DNA of 64,000 nucleotides from Obrimoposthia wandeli (lineage: Eukaryota). The stretch covers positions 1 through 64,000 of the forward strand of contig CDROCS010006408.1 in the NCBI GenBank assembly GCA_977020255.1, in the 5' to 3' direction. The notes beneath the pieces are model-generated. The model saw nothing but the letters and a program-made list of their open reading frames with translations. It had not been told where the DNA came from and searched no databases. How positions within the stretch are numbered: position 1 is the first letter of the stretch; each line of letters starts with the position of its first letter. The position numbers and the translations under genes are program-made. This document shows, one piece after another, positions 31,995 through 44,263 of this stretch.

Positions 31995-32194
31995 AAAAGC
32001 CCCAGCAAAACTGAGGCTCTTCTAAACTGAAATCAATTACTTGATTTTAGCTTCTTTGTAGAAACGCACTGACGAATACAAGGATCAAACTTTTTGATCT
32101 CCATATTTTTAAGTCTAGGTACGCTTGTTCTTGTCAGTAGTGTAGAAATGTCGTGGAGTACTAGGTGTGCTGATGATAATAGATCAATACTTTC
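31995..32194 (-). pseudogene. Decayed tandem copy of rpmG and its terminator
   Basis: Aligns to 32235-32430 at a 240 bp offset; 34 nt block 32119-32152 identical to 32359-32392; indels, in-frame stop and no start codon. Confidence 0.85.
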
Positions 32195-32276
32195 TTCTTA
32201 GTTTGTATCTTCACATTCGAATTCCAGACATAAAAAAGCCCCAGTATTAACTGAGGCTCTTTTAAGCTAGTATCAA

Positions 32277-32447
32277 TTACTTGATTTTAGCTTCTTTGTA
32301 CATAACGTGCTGACGAATACGAGGATCAAACTTTTTGATCTCCATTTTTTCAGGCATAGTACGCTTGTTCTTGTCAGTAGTGTAGAAATGTCCTGTACCA
32401 GCTGATGATACTAGACGAATCTTTTCACGATTACCTTTAGCAGCCAT
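32277..32447 (-). CDS. rpmG: 50S ribosomal protein L33 (absent from the ORF track, 56 aa)
   Basis: [56 protein letters not shown]. Confidence 0.97.
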   Translation of the reverse strand: MAAKGNREKIRLVSSAGTGHFYTTDKNKRTMPEKMEIKKFDPRIRQHVMYKEAKIK

Positions 32448-32459
32448 GATCTATCCCCT

Positions 32460-32696
32460 TTATACTTTTTCGCCGCGAGCGCGAATTTCTTTAAGAATGA
32501 TATCAATACCTTTCTTGTCGATAATACGCATGCCTTTAGAAGAAACACGTAGACGAACGAAACGATTCTCAGTTTCTACCCAGAAACGATGCCAATGCAA
32601 GTTAGGTAGAAAACGACGACGCGTTTTACGTTGAGAGTGGGAAACATTGTTTCCTGTTACTGGGCGCTTACCCGTAACAACACAAACTTTAGCCAT
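32460..32696 (-). CDS. rpmB: 50S ribosomal protein L28
   Basis: [41 protein letters not shown]. Confidence 0.98.
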   Translation of the reverse strand: MAKVCVVTGKRPVTGNNVSHSQRKTRRRFLPNLHWHRFWVETENRFVRLRVSSKGMRIIDKKGIDIILKEIRARGEKV

Positions 32697-32953
32697 TTTA
32701 AAAACTCCAATATAGGAACAAGTTACATCTATTCTGATAATTATCGACAATAAAATTTTTTCATTGCCTCAGGTGGAGCGTCCGTAACAATAGACAGAAA
32801 TCCCAAACCAGTACGAATAGAAGCCGCGTATATTACATACTTGATTATCATATAGCTAGTAGCATTATAAAATAATAGACAATTAACCTAATAAGCACTT
32901 CTTTTGTTACTCACTTTGCTCATAGGCTGCTGTTTTAAGCTTTTTATCAATGT

Positions 32954-33628
32954 TTACAACATGCCGCGCTCTGCAAAAGAGACAGGTGTAGTACTACCGA
33001 TAATAATATGATCGATCACTGTGATATCAACCAGTGCTAACGCTTTAACTAATTGAGCGGTGATTTGTTGATCGGCTATAGATGGTTCAGCAATGCCTGA
33101 AGGGTGATTATGCGCTAAAATTATTGCGGCAGCATTATACGACAATGCAGCTTTCACTATCTCTCTTGGATGCACTGAAGCACTATTAATAGTACCTTTA
33201 AATAAGGTATCAAAGCCTAGTACACCATGTTTGTTATCGAGAAATAAACAACAAAACATTTCTCTTTTTTGATGTCTTAATTGAGCAATTAAATACTCAC
33301 GTACTGTATTCGGGCTATCCATTATACAGCCTTGTTCTAGGGTTTGCCTTAAATAGCGTCGATTCATTTCTAACACGGCTTGTAAATGTACATATTTAGC
33401 CACGCCTAACCCTTTACTGGCACAGAACTCACTTTCACTAGCTTCAAATAGCTGCCGCAATCCTCCAAAATCCTTAAGCAGCTTTCTAGCCACATCAACC
33501 GCACTCATGCCTTTTACGCCTGTGCGCAAAAAAATAGCTAATAATTCAGCATCGGATAAACTTTGCGAGCCTTGCATTAGTAATTTTTCTCTAGGTCGCT
33601 CTTGAGCTGGCCAATCAGTAATCGCCAT
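32954..33628 (-). CDS. radC: RadC/YicR JAB-domain protein
   Basis: ERPREKLL..G...[31 protein letters not shown]...PS..D, DHIII. Confidence 0.93.
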   Translation of the reverse strand: MAITDWPAQERPREKLLMQGSQSLSDAELLAIFLRTGVKGMSAVDVARKLLKDFGGLRQLFEASESEFCASKGLGVAKYVHLQAVLEMNRRYLRQTLEQGCIMDSPNTVREYLIAQLRHQKREMFCCLFLDNKHGVLGFDTLFKGTINSASVHPREIVKAALSYNAAAIILAHNHPSGIAEPSIADQQITAQLVKALALVDITVIDHIIIGSTTPVSFAERGML

Positions 33629-33987
33629 AATATTCACCTACATTAGGATAATTATCGAACATCTGTTTAGCTGTAAATTTGTAACAAACGGCAATAAAAA
33701 GAACTTCATTGCTATCTTTAATTATAGTACGCCAAGCTGACTACATTAAATATAGTGCGACGACCCTCAGTTTTCATCCTTATTAAACGCCTTTATATAC
33801 AACTTTCTATACTTAACTCTAACTCAAGCTTGCAAGTAAAGCGCAGATGGGATGACTATTTAGGCGTCAAGTAACAACTTAAATCACTTAATTCATTTAA
33901 TTCACTACAGATACTTCGAAAAGCGACTTCATGATGGTATCGTTACCCCAGAAATCCACACCCATCGCATATTAAGGTACTAAGGGT

Positions 33988-35184
33988 ATGCAACGACTTA
34001 CCAACAAACGCATTATTTTAGGTATTACCGGCGGTATTGCTGCCTATAAAAGTGCAGAGCTAACGCGCTTATTTAAAACAGCTGGGGCCGATGTACGTGT
34101 CGTGATGACACCCGCTGCCACTGAATTCATTACCCCTTTAACGCTACAAGCGCTATCTGGTAATATGGTGCACACCACTTTATTAGACCCTGAAGCTGAA
34201 GCTGGCATGGGTCATATAGAGCTAGCTAGATGGGCAGATATAATTGTGATTGCACCCGCTAGTGCCGATTTCATCGCGCGCTTAGAAAGTGGCATGGCCA
34301 ATGATTTGCTGACCACCTTATGCCTCGCCAGCGATGCAACATTGTGTTTAGCTCCAGCGATGAACCAAGCCATGTGGCGCTCCACTTTTACTCAAGGCAA
34401 CGTGTTTCAGTTACTGCAACAGCAAGTAATTTTTTGGGGCCCTAATTCTGGAGAGCAAGCCTGTGGTGATGTAGGCCCTGGACGAATGATAGAGCCTAGC
34501 GAAATTGCTGACTTAACTGCGCAGATGTTTGATAACAACATTCTCGCGGGTAAAACGGTGCACATCACCGCAGGCCCTACCAGAGAAGCGATCGACCCAG
34601 TGCGTTATATTTCGAATCATAGTTCAGGAAAAATGGGCTACGCCCTCGCCGTTGCTGCACTAGAAGCTGGCGCAAAAGTCAAACTTATCAGTGGCCCTGT
34701 TAATTTACCTTGTCCTGATCGAGTTGAACGCGTATCAGTAGAAAGCGCCGATCAAATGCTAGCCGCTGTGTTAAAAGATATAGATCAATGTGATATTTTC
34801 ATCGGTTGTGCAGCGGTGGCTGATTTTAAACCTGCGGTACTTGAAAGCAACAAAATGAAAAAGGGTGCTAGCGATACAATGTCTCTTGCATTGGTTAAAA
34901 ACCCCGATATTATTGCCAGTGTTGCGCAGCTCCCTAACAAACCTTTTGTTTTAGGTTTTGCCGCTGAAACACAAAACGTGCTCGATTATGCACGGCGCAA
35001 GCTTACCCAAAAAAATCTCGATTTAATCGCCGCAAATGACGTGGCCAACAGTGAAATTGGTTTTAACTCTGATGACAACGCACTTACCTTAATTAGTGCT
35101 GATCAACAGCATAACCTAGCACAAACGAGTAAAACTAAACTCGCGCAACAAATTATCCAGCACATCGCCCCTTTAATTAGCTAA
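33988..35184 (+). CDS. coaBC: Bifunctional phosphopantothenoylcysteine decarboxylase/ligase
   Basis: [57 protein letters not shown]. Confidence 0.97.
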   Translation: MQRLTNKRIILGITGGIAAYKSAELTRLFKTAGADVRVVMTPAATEFITPLTLQALSGNMVHTTLLDPEAEAGMGHIELARWADIIVIAPASADFIARLESGMANDLLTTLCLASDATLCLAPAMNQAMWRSTFTQGNVFQLLQQQVIFWGPNSGEQACGDVGPGRMIEPSEIADLTAQMFDNNILAGKTVHITAGPTREAIDPVRYISNHSSGKMGYALAVAALEAGAKVKLISGPVNLPCPDRVERVSVESADQMLAAVLKDIDQCDIFIGCAAVADFKPAVLESNKMKKGASDTMSLALVKNPDIIASVAQLPNKPFVLGFAAETQNVLDYARRKLTQKNLDLIAANDVANSEIGFNSDDNALTLISADQQHNLAQTSKTKLAQQIIQHIAPLIS

Positions 35185-35197
35185 AGAACCATTATTC

Positions 35198-35653
35198 ATG
35201 AATAAATTACAAGTTAAGATTCTCGATCCACGTATTGGCAGCGAATTTCCACTGCCTAGTTATGCAACCCCTGGTTCTGCAGGATTAGATCTACGTGCCT
35301 GCTTAGAGCAAACACTCATAATAGAACCTGGCCAAACACATCTAGTCCCTACTGGCATGGCTATTCATATAGCAGATCCTAAGCTATGTGCAATGATTTT
35401 ACCTCGCTCAGGCTTAGGCCATAAACATGGTATTGTGCTAGGTAACTTAGTTGGCTTAGTCGACTCCGATTATCAAGGCCAATTATTTGTTTCCGTTTGG
35501 AACCGTGGTGATACAACTTTCACCATGCAAGTGGGCGAGCGAATTGCACAGCTAGTATTAGTGCCTGTGGTACAAGCGCAATTTGAAGTCGTCGATGAGT
35601 TCGATTCTTCTTTGCGCGGTGAAGATGGCTTTGGATCATCTGGACGATCTTAG
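35198..35653 (+). CDS. dut: dUTP diphosphatase
   Basis: [45 protein letters not shown]. Confidence 0.97.
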   Translation: MNKLQVKILDPRIGSEFPLPSYATPGSAGLDLRACLEQTLIIEPGQTHLVPTGMAIHIADPKLCAMILPRSGLGHKHGIVLGNLVGLVDSDYQGQLFVSVWNRGDTTFTMQVGERIAQLVLVPVVQAQFEVVDEFDSSLRGEDGFGSSGRS

Positions 35654-35826
35654 GGCTTTTAACTTTAAAGCGTTTACTTTCAAAAGTTAATTATTCCAAC
35701 ACTATACACTACAGTACTAAGTAAGCTGCATTTAAAGCTATAAATATATTCAGCTAAGCTCAAACACAAGTATGCAATAAAGAGTTAACTCAATTTAATT
35801 TCTTTTTCTTACAAAGGATGTAACAG

Positions 35827-37209
35827 ATGACATACAAGTTAGAAAATTTAGATCACAATATATTTCGCGCCTATGACATTCGCGGTATTGCAGGCACAGC
35901 ATTAACAGATGCTACTGTGTATCATTTAGGACGCGCTTTTGCCACACAGGCAAAATCTGAAGGCGTGAGCAAGTTATGCGTTGCAGCTGATGGACGTATT
36001 TCGAGTCCTCATTTAAAGCAGCTGTTAATTGAAGGGCTATTGGATGGCGGCATGGACGTCAATGATATTGGTTATGTAGCGACACCCGTACTTTATTACG
36101 CAGCACACCATAGCGAAGATATAACCGGCATTATGATTACCGGCAGCCATAACCCTAAAGAATATAATGGTTTCAAAATGATGCTGGCGGGCAACACCCT
36201 CGCTCTTGATGAAATCCAGCAACTCAAAAGCATTATGTTAAGCCAAGAGTACAGTTCAGGCGAAGGTAGCGTAGAAGCTTTAGATATTAGAGCCGCTTAC
36301 ATGCAAAGTATCATCAGTGATATTAAGCTTAAGCGCCCACTTAAAGTCGTTGTTGATTGCGGAAATGGTATTCCAGGGGAAATGAATCCAGGGCTGATAA
36401 AAGCGCTAGGATGTGAAGTAACGCCACTTTATTGCGATGTTGATGGCAACTTCCCTAATCATCATCCTGATCCTGGTAAACTAGAAAACCTTTTAGAATG
36501 CATCAGCGAAGTTAAAAAGCAAAAAGCGGATATCGGTTTGGGCTTTGATGGTGATGGAGACCGTGTCGGCATCGTCACTCCAAAAGGAAATATGGTGTAC
36601 GCAGACAGGCTAATGATGCTGTTTTCGCAAGATGTTTTATCGCGTAACCCGGGCGCTGAAATCATTTACGATGTTAAGTGCTCACGCATCTTAAATCAGG
36701 TTATCACTCAGGCCGGCGGTAAAGGCACTATGTGGAAAACAGGCCACTCACTCATTAAACGTAAAATGCGCGAATGCGGCGCTTTATTAGCAGGAGAGAT
36801 GAGCGGACACGTCTTTTTTAAAGAGCGCTGGTATGGTTTTGATGATGGTTTATATGCCGCAGCAAGATTGCTAGAAATACTCGCCGAAAGCGAGCTAGAT
36901 TTAGATGAAATCTTCGAGCAGTATCCTGAAGAAATCAGCACCCCTGAAATTAACATCACTGTCACTGATGATGAAAAGTTCGACATCATTGCCAAGATGC
37001 AAGCGGGCACTTTTGCAGGTGGTGATATAAACACAATTGACGGAATACGTGTTGATTACACAGATGGCTGGGGGCTAGTACGCGCTTCTAATACCACTCC
37101 TGTACTTGTGTTAAGGTTTGAAGCACAAACACAGGAAGCACTACAGCGTATTCAACAGCAGTTTATGCAACAGTTACAGACAATAAAACCTTCACTAACA
37201 ATAAACTAA
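35827..37209 (+). CDS. algC: Phosphomannomutase/phosphoglucomutase (AlgC type)
   Basis: FRAYDIRG, TGSHNP, FDGDGDR, GEMSGH, LVRASNTTP. Confidence 0.92.
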   Translation: MTYKLENLDHNIFRAYDIRGIAGTALTDATVYHLGRAFATQAKSEGVSKLCVAADGRISSPHLKQLLIEGLLDGGMDVNDIGYVATPVLYYAAHHSEDITGIMITGSHNPKEYNGFKMMLAGNTLALDEIQQLKSIMLSQEYSSGEGSVEALDIRAAYMQSIISDIKLKRPLKVVVDCGNGIPGEMNPGLIKALGCEVTPLYCDVDGNFPNHHPDPGKLENLLECISEVKKQKADIGLGFDGDGDRVGIVTPKGNMVYADRLMMLFSQDVLSRNPGAEIIYDVKCSRILNQVITQAGGKGTMWKTGHSLIKRKMRECGALLAGEMSGHVFFKERWYGFDDGLYAAARLLEILAESELDLDEIFEQYPEEISTPEINITVTDDEKFDIIAKMQAGTFAGGDINTIDGIRVDYTDGWGLVRASNTTPVLVLRFEAQTQEALQRIQQQFMQQLQTIKPSLTIN

Positions 37210-37232
37210 TCACTTTTATAAATCCCTACTAA

Positions 37233-38174
<942 letters not shown>

Positions 38175-38203
38175 AGCATGCTAATGCAGGAATCAAATTA
38201 AAC

Positions 38204-38797
38204 ATGACTGAAACCGTTAAAACATCGCGTCGAGAACAAATATTGCAGTGCCTAGTTGCAATGCTAGAAAATGATCCTGGCGCACGCATCACCACTGCTG
38301 CACTTGCAAAAAATGTAGGGGTATCTGAAGCAGCGCTTTATCGCCATTTTCCTAGTAAAGCTAGAATGTTTGAAGGGTTAATCGATTTTATCGAAGAAAC
38401 GGTGTTTTCTCGCACTAACATTATCACCCATTCAGATACACCCTCTGCCCGCCAATGTGAACAAGTTTTAACACTGGTACTTACTTTTGTAGAGCGCAAC
38501 CCTGGGATGGCACGCATATTGACCGGCGATGCGTTAACAGGCGAACCTGATCGATTGCGCATGAGTATTAACCAATTTTTCCAACGCTTAGAAACACAAC
38601 TAAAGCAAGTATTACGAGAAGCGGAATTAAAAGAAGGATTGAGAACACAAACCACGGCTAGCGCTACAGCAAATCTGATGATAGCGGTGGTTGAAGGTCG
38701 TATTCGCCAATTTGTACGCAGCGACTTCAAGCAGAAACCAACCGCGCAATGGGCTGAACAATGGCCTAGATTAGCGGCGGGGCTTTTTAGAGAGTAA
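38204..38797 (+). CDS. slmA: Nucleoid occlusion factor SlmA (TetR family)
   Basis: RITTAALAK.VGVSEAALYRHFPSKARMFEGLIDFIEET; conserved position after dut/argB. Confidence 0.88.
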   Translation: MTETVKTSRREQILQCLVAMLENDPGARITTAALAKNVGVSEAALYRHFPSKARMFEGLIDFIEETVFSRTNIITHSDTPSARQCEQVLTLVLTFVERNPGMARILTGDALTGEPDRLRMSINQFFQRLETQLKQVLREAELKEGLRTQTTASATANLMIAVVEGRIRQFVRSDFKQKPTAQWAEQWPRLAAGLFRE

Positions 38798-38972
38798 CAA
38801 CTTTATCATTCAGCCCAATAAATGCCTGCAATATAAAATGGGCTGCTTTATATTAAGCAGCTCATTTTAACTGTGCAAACTTAGCCTTCAGCAATTAAGT
38901 GCTGATAGGGAATAACAATGGAAACCTAATTAGTAATCTCTTTAATAACCTCTTTAATGACCAAGCTTTCTG

Positions 38973-39758
38973 TTAAACACCTAGTAAAGCAAACCATCCC
39001 ATAGAGTCTGCGTATTTAAGCAACATAGAGAAACACATGACGACCACAATGCCTTTGATATAACGCGGATTAACGATAAACAAGCAATGCGCTCCTAGCC
39101 AAGCACCCAACACTTGCCCTACCATCATTAATAGCCCCACAGCCCATACCACTTGCCCTGCCATAATAAAAACTAGCAATGAGGCCAGGTTCGTCGCAAA
39201 ATTCAATGGCTTTGCCTGCGCTGTCGCTGCAATCAAACCAAAACCACGCATAGAAACCCCTGCTAAGGCGAAAAAGGAGCCGGTACCCGGACCAAACATA
39301 CCGTCGTAACAGCCAATGGCTGGCACCACACTCATTTGATATTTGTCTTGGCTAATTTTGGCTTCTCTGCGCTCTTCACTCACATTAGGAGACAGTAAAA
39401 AATAAACACCTATAAACAACAACACAATGGGTATCATCACCGACAATAGCTGCGTATCAACCCACTGAATAATAATAGTGCCTAACACTGCGCCTAAAAA
39501 TGCCGTGAGCATCATATATTTCACATCCTGCTGCTTTACTTTTTTGTTTTTAAACATTATAAAAGTAGCGGTTGCGGTGCCCATTGTGCCTTGCAATTTA
39601 TTGGTACCCAACGCTTGCAAAGGAGGAATTCCGCACATAATTAGCGCCGGCAGCACTATCAAACCACCTCCCCCTGCCAAAGTATCAATTAGCCCGGCTA
39701 TAATAGAAACCACAAATAGGAAAGCCACTAATTCGACTGATAAACCTAATAGATCCAA
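38973..39758 (-). CDS. TSUP (TauE/SafE, YfcA-like) transporter
   Basis: AGLIDTLAGGGGLI, ALGTNKLQ, GCYDGMFGPGTGSF, AKPLNFATN. Confidence 0.9.
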   Translation of the reverse strand: MDLLGLSVELVAFLFVVSIIAGLIDTLAGGGGLIVLPALIMCGIPPLQALGTNKLQGTMGTATATFIMFKNKKVKQQDVKYMMLTAFLGAVLGTIIIQWVDTQLLSVMIPIVLLFIGVYFLLSPNVSEERREAKISQDKYQMSVVPAIGCYDGMFGPGTGSFFALAGVSMRGFGLIAATAQAKPLNFATNLASLLVFIMAGQVVWAVGLLMMVGQVLGAWLGAHCLFIVNPRYIKGIVVVMCFSMLLKYADSMGWFALLGV

Positions 39759-39811
39759 GAGAACTCCTTAAATTAATTATGAACAGTACATGTAAATCAT
39801 GTATTTGTTAT

Positions 39812-39961
39812 CATTGCTGTCCGGTTAAAAAGTGTAAGCACTTTACTCATTGATTTGTGGTTTTCTAGCATAGGTAAATGGGTTTTTTAGCCAAATAACA
39901 CTTGTAGTTAACGTGAAATCAATAAGTTACAGAACAACAGTAATTAAACCGGACACTAATG
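39812..39961 (+). mobile_element. MITE family A, full copy
   Basis: CATTGCTGTCCGGTT...AACCGGACACTAATG; 9 bp TSD ATTTGTTAT (39803-11, 39962-70). Confidence 0.9.
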
Positions 39962-39966
39962 ATTTG

Positions 39967-40530
39967 TTATTTATTCGCTAGTATATAAGTATCTGTAAAA
40001 GGCGCTTGCTCAGATTGCTGGTAAGCAATTAGCTCTACCGCTTCACCTAGATGAGTGAACTCGTTTGCTGCTAGGCAAAATTTAGCAGAAAACCCACTAC
40101 TTACATGATGCTGTTGATTAAAGGTACTAATCACTAATCTTCCATTTGGCGCTAACAAATTCAGTAGCTGCTTAATTAGCCTAATATCAGGCTTAAAGCG
40201 AAACATACAAATGTTAGTGTATTTTTCTAACAGCGCTAACGAGGATAAATCATCCATATCAAGGCATAGCGTTTTAAGCTGCAAGCCTTGTTGCTGAGCA
40301 AAGTTACTAAGGTTTTGTAACCCTATGTTTGCAACATCTAACGCTGTTACTTGATATTTATCGAACTTGCTTAAATGTAGCGCAACGGCACCTTCACCAC
40401 TGGCAACATCCAATGTTTTCCCCGCTTGTAAAAAGTGCATATTATCTAATAAGGCTAAGGGGGCTTTTGGGGCTTGCCGCCCTTCTTGACGGTATTTGTT
40501 ATTCCACTTTTTTCTATCATTATCTGACAT
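39967..40530 (-). CDS. Class I SAM-dependent methyltransferase (TehB-like)
   Basis: KWN.KY, TLDVASGEG, VTALDVANIGL, LAPNGRLV. Confidence 0.8.
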   Translation of the reverse strand: MSDNDRKKWNNKYRQEGRQAPKAPLALLDNMHFLQAGKTLDVASGEGAVALHLSKFDKYQVTALDVANIGLQNLSNFAQQQGLQLKTLCLDMDDLSSLALLEKYTNICMFRFKPDIRLIKQLLNLLAPNGRLVISTFNQQHHVSSGFSAKFCLAANEFTHLGEAVELIAYQQSEQAPFTDTYILANK

Positions 40531-41091
40531 ATAACACTTTCCGTTGGTTACTCACAGTTATTTACTTGGCGCTATCTAAACAGTGGAGTTAATGATTGCC
40601 ATGCGTGCAAAAAATTCTTTAAAAGATCACTACAGTTCCCGCATAACACCTTTTTGATCAAAGAGCGAACAGTGAAATTAATGTATTTTTGATTTATCTC
40701 ACATACTTTCAATTTATACGATTTTCAAGTTACTTTTCACCACAGCTAGCTATATAATCTCGCCGCTTAATTTTCACTGGACAACTGTTCTTGATTCAAA
40801 CCCACAAATTAAAGTGGTGCAAATCAGCTCACCGATTGTTCAGGTTTTTATTGCTAGTGTCTAGCCGCAAACAGGTATTTACCACGATCTTTTCATTCAT
40901 TCAATGTAAACATAAATAGGTGTTTTCAGTGAGCTAGGTAACTAAAGGTTACTTCTACCGCTTAATTTAGCGAGTTTGATTTAACTTAGATTGAGCTCAA
41001 ACCTATCTATATATGTAATGATGAATCGCTATGTTAAAAGCTTGTGAATCGCTATGTACTAGCACTTATATATTTTGGAGTTTGTTAAATC

Positions 41092-42582
41092 ATGCAAGAA
41101 TTTGTAAATCTTATGAATGGTATTATCTGGAGCCCAGCACTCATTTATTTGTGCTTAGGTACCGGTCTGTTCTATTCAATTATGACCCGTTTTGTACAAG
41201 TACGTTTAATTAGTGAAATGTGGCGTTTACTGTTTTCAGGTAAAGCTTCAAAGGCGGGTATTTCCTCTTTTCAAGCATTAGCAGTATCTCTTTCTGGTCG
41301 TGTAGGAACAGGTAATATTGCAGGTGTTGCAGCGGCAATCGGTTTCGGTGGCCCTGGTGCTATTTTTTGGATGTGGGTTGTGGCCTTTTTAGGTGCTGCA
41401 ACTGCTTATGCGGAATCAACCCTTGCTCAAATATACAAAGAAGAGCAAGAAGGTCAATACCGTGGCGGCCCTGCCTACTATATTGAAAAAGCCATGGGAC
41501 AAAAATGGTTTGCTTGGATCTTCGCTATTGCCACTATTTTAGCTTGTGGTGTCTTTTTGCCGGGAGTGCAATCTAATAGTATTGGTAACGCGATGGCCAC
41601 AGCCTTTGGCTCTGGCGAAATGATCGATACCGCAATTGGCCAAATCAGCGTTGCTAAGATCATGACAGGCACTGCAGTTGTGATTGTATTAGGCTTTATC
41701 ATTTTTGGTGGTGTAAAACGTATTGCTAATTTTACGCAAGTGGTCGTGCCATTTATGGCGCTTGCTTACATCATCATCGCCTTTGTGATCATCTTGCTTA
41801 ACTACAGCATGCTACCTGATATTTTTGCCATGATCTTCAACGATGCCTTTACGCCAATGGCAGGTTTTGGTGCAGCAATTGGTTGGGGTGTTAAACGCGG
41901 CGTGTACTCTAACGAAGCAGGTCAAGGCACAGGCCCTCACGCTGCCGCTGCCGCTGAAGTTGAACACCCTTCTCAACAAGGTTTAGTACAAGCGTTCTCT
42001 GTATACATTGATACTTTATTGGTTTGTACAGCCACTGCATTGATGATTCTAATTACCGGTGCTTATAACGTACACGGTGCTGGTGATACATTTCTTATAC
42101 AAAACCTAGCCGCTGATGCTGCTGCAAATGGCCCGTTGTTTACACAAACGGCTATCGAATCTGTACTTCCTGGAGTCGGTAATCCTTTTGTTGCTTTTGC
42201 ACTGTTCTTTTTCTCATTCACAACTATCTTAGCCTATTACTATATTGCAGAAACGAATATAGCTTATCTTAAGCGCACACTTAAAATATCAGGTATGACC
42301 TTTGGATTAAAAGTCGTATTAATGGCGGCTACTTTCTATGGCAGTGTTAAAACTGCTGATTTAGCCTGGGGTATGGGTGATGTTGGTGTTGGTTTAATGG
42401 CATGGTTAAATATCGTGGGTATTTTGATTATCTTTGCAATGTCTCGCCCTGCGATAAAAGCATTAAAAGATTACGATCAACAGCGTAAGAATGGCGTAAA
42501 GAAATATACTTTTAACCCGAAAGCATTAGGCATCAAAAATGCTGACTTCTGGGAAAAGAGATTTGAAGAAGAAAACAAGTAA
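41092..42582 (+). CDS. Alanine/glycine:cation symporter (AGCS family)
   Basis: SSFQALAVSLSGRVGTGNIAGVA.AI..GGPGAIFWMW, YRGGPAYY, RGVYSNEAGQG. Confidence 0.93.
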   Translation: MQEFVNLMNGIIWSPALIYLCLGTGLFYSIMTRFVQVRLISEMWRLLFSGKASKAGISSFQALAVSLSGRVGTGNIAGVAAAIGFGGPGAIFWMWVVAFLGAATAYAESTLAQIYKEEQEGQYRGGPAYYIEKAMGQKWFAWIFAIATILACGVFLPGVQSNSIGNAMATAFGSGEMIDTAIGQISVAKIMTGTAVVIVLGFIIFGGVKRIANFTQVVVPFMALAYIIIAFVIILLNYSMLPDIFAMIFNDAFTPMAGFGAAIGWGVKRGVYSNEAGQGTGPHAAAAAEVEHPSQQGLVQAFSVYIDTLLVCTATALMILITGAYNVHGAGDTFLIQNLAADAAANGPLFTQTAIESVLPGVGNPFVAFALFFFSFTTILAYYYIAETNIAYLKRTLKISGMTFGLKVVLMAATFYGSVKTADLAWGMGDVGVGLMAWLNIVGILIIFAMSRPAIKALKDYDQQRKNGVKKYTFNPKALGIKNADFWEKRFEEENK

Positions 42583-42715
42583 CACTGAACGGTAGTATTA
42601 AAACGGGGGATATATCCCCTCGTTTTTAAAACGCTGCTTTTATCAATATTAACTCAATACTAATAAGCAGCTGTTTTGTAATATCTACGAGAGGAAAGCT
42701 AGCTTAAACTAAAGA

Positions 42716-43396
42716 TTAGTTTCTTTTACGTAAAGAAGAGCCTCTAGAATCTAAGTTAGAAAGTATCGCTTTCATTTCATCAGCTTGATCCGCAATTTGC
42801 TTCATCTTTAATGCAGTACGCGCTTCTTTTTCTAATTCGATAGCTTCTTTAATCTTTTTCTCTCTTATGGCAGAACCGGTACGTCCACTGGATAGTTTAA
42901 GTTTAGTTATCGGTTCTTCTTCTACTGCGCTAACAGCAGTTTTGGCAGTAAAGATCTGTTTAACAGGGCCATTTTTGTTCACGCTACTTTTTACTGTAGC
43001 GCTTTTTACTGTAGTGCTTTTTGCTGCCCCAACTTTTACAGCAGTACTTGCCTCTGCTGTTTTAGCAGCAACTTTTCGTTTAGGTTCAGCACCCATACTG
43101 GTTGGATAAACAGCCGTTCTTGGCAAGGATGTTTTCAACCCTTTCAAGCTCGTGCCATCAAACTGTTCCATGGCTTCTTCAAACATTTCTGCCAGCTCTT
43201 CTCGGCTCTCAGCAAAATCGTATTCTTCAATGGTAAAACAGGCGACACCATATTTACGCATATCGCGATAAAGATGCCCTTCGATAGCCAGATCTTTAGC
43301 TAATTGGTACAGAGCCCAACGCTCATCAATGCTATCTTTAGTGGTGCCTACATATACTGTATCGGTGCGGGAATTCTTTATGGTAAAAACGATCAA
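42716..43396 (-). CDS. Hypothetical protein: degenerate GIY-YIG-like N-domain plus Lys/Ala-rich linker and helical C-terminus
   Basis: MIVFTIKN...VYVGTT...ERW.. L...MRKYG...F.IE pattern; low-complexity KSATVKSS region. Confidence 0.55.
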   Translation of the reverse strand: MIVFTIKNSRTDTVYVGTTKDSIDERWALYQLAKDLAIEGHLYRDMRKYGVACFTIEEYDFAESREELAEMFEEAMEQFDGTSLKGLKTSLPRTAVYPTSMGAEPKRKVAAKTAEASTAVKVGAAKSTTVKSATVKSSVNKNGPVKQIFTAKTAVSAVEEEPITKLKLSSGRTGSAIREKKIKEAIELEKEARTALKMKQIADQADEMKAILSNLDSRGSSLRKRN

Positions 43397-43710
43397 AATA
43401 TTTCTCTTATCAATTTAAATGGAAAACCAATCATTAGTTGCTAATGATTATCTCTCTCATTTTTTATAATTTAATCTGCAAAAAAGCCTATTTCCACCTC
43501 CTAATTCCTTATAAGAGCAGCCTTGTGCATCGTTTAAAAATACAACAGGGCTGCGCATTTTAGTCGACTATAAAAAAAACACCAGTACTAAATAGCTTTC
43601 TGAAACTTTAGTAAAAATTGTTTGATTTTACCCCCTGAAAATGTTCGATTTTAAAGTATACTAGCACTGAACTTTTCACTCAAAACTCTCTCTATTATCA
43701 TTACAATACT

Positions 43711-44220
43711 ATGAAAAAAGATATTTCTTACTATTTATCCGGATATTCAGCGCAAATCCAACAGCAAGTAGCAACTTTAGTTGAAAACAAAAAGCTGGGG
43801 ACTTACTTGTTATCCAAATATCCTGTTTGTCATCAAATTAACAATGAGAAACTGCTTTATCAATATACTATCGATTTAAAAAATCAATTCTTAAAAAAAT
43901 CGTCCCCGTTAAGCAAAGTGGCTTACAACGACAAAATTGATGTCATTCATAACGCATTGGGGCTACATACCCAAGTTTCGAGAGTACAAGGTAATAAACT
44001 AAAGTCTAAAAGAGAAATTAAAATAGCCAGTGTTTTTAAAAAAGCACCGCCTGATTTTTTACAAATGATTGTAGTACATGAATTAGCACATTTAAAAGAG
44101 AGCGACCACAACCGTGCTTTTTATAATCTATGCCGATATATGCAACCGCAGTACCACCAAATTGAACTAGACTTACGACTTTATCTAACGCATTTGAATA
44201 CTTTAGGTGCTTTATATTAA
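43711..44220 (+). CDS. YgjP/DUF45 (M48-like zincin) family protein
   Basis: VHELAHLKESDHNRAFY.LC..M.P.YHQ.E.D.RLYL. Confidence 0.85.
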   Translation: MKKDISYYLSGYSAQIQQQVATLVENKKLGTYLLSKYPVCHQINNEKLLYQYTIDLKNQFLKKSSPLSKVAYNDKIDVIHNALGLHTQVSRVQGNKLKSKREIKIASVFKKAPPDFLQMIVVHELAHLKESDHNRAFYNLCRYMQPQYHQIELDLRLYLTHLNTLGALY

Positions 44221-44263
44221 GCTATTTTTTAGTTTATATTAACAATAATTCTATCACTACTAT

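Noticed and set aside
40531-41091. Glycine riboswitch upstream of the AGCS symporter
   Set aside because: No GGAGA..CCGAAG..CTCTCAGG-type aptamer core seen
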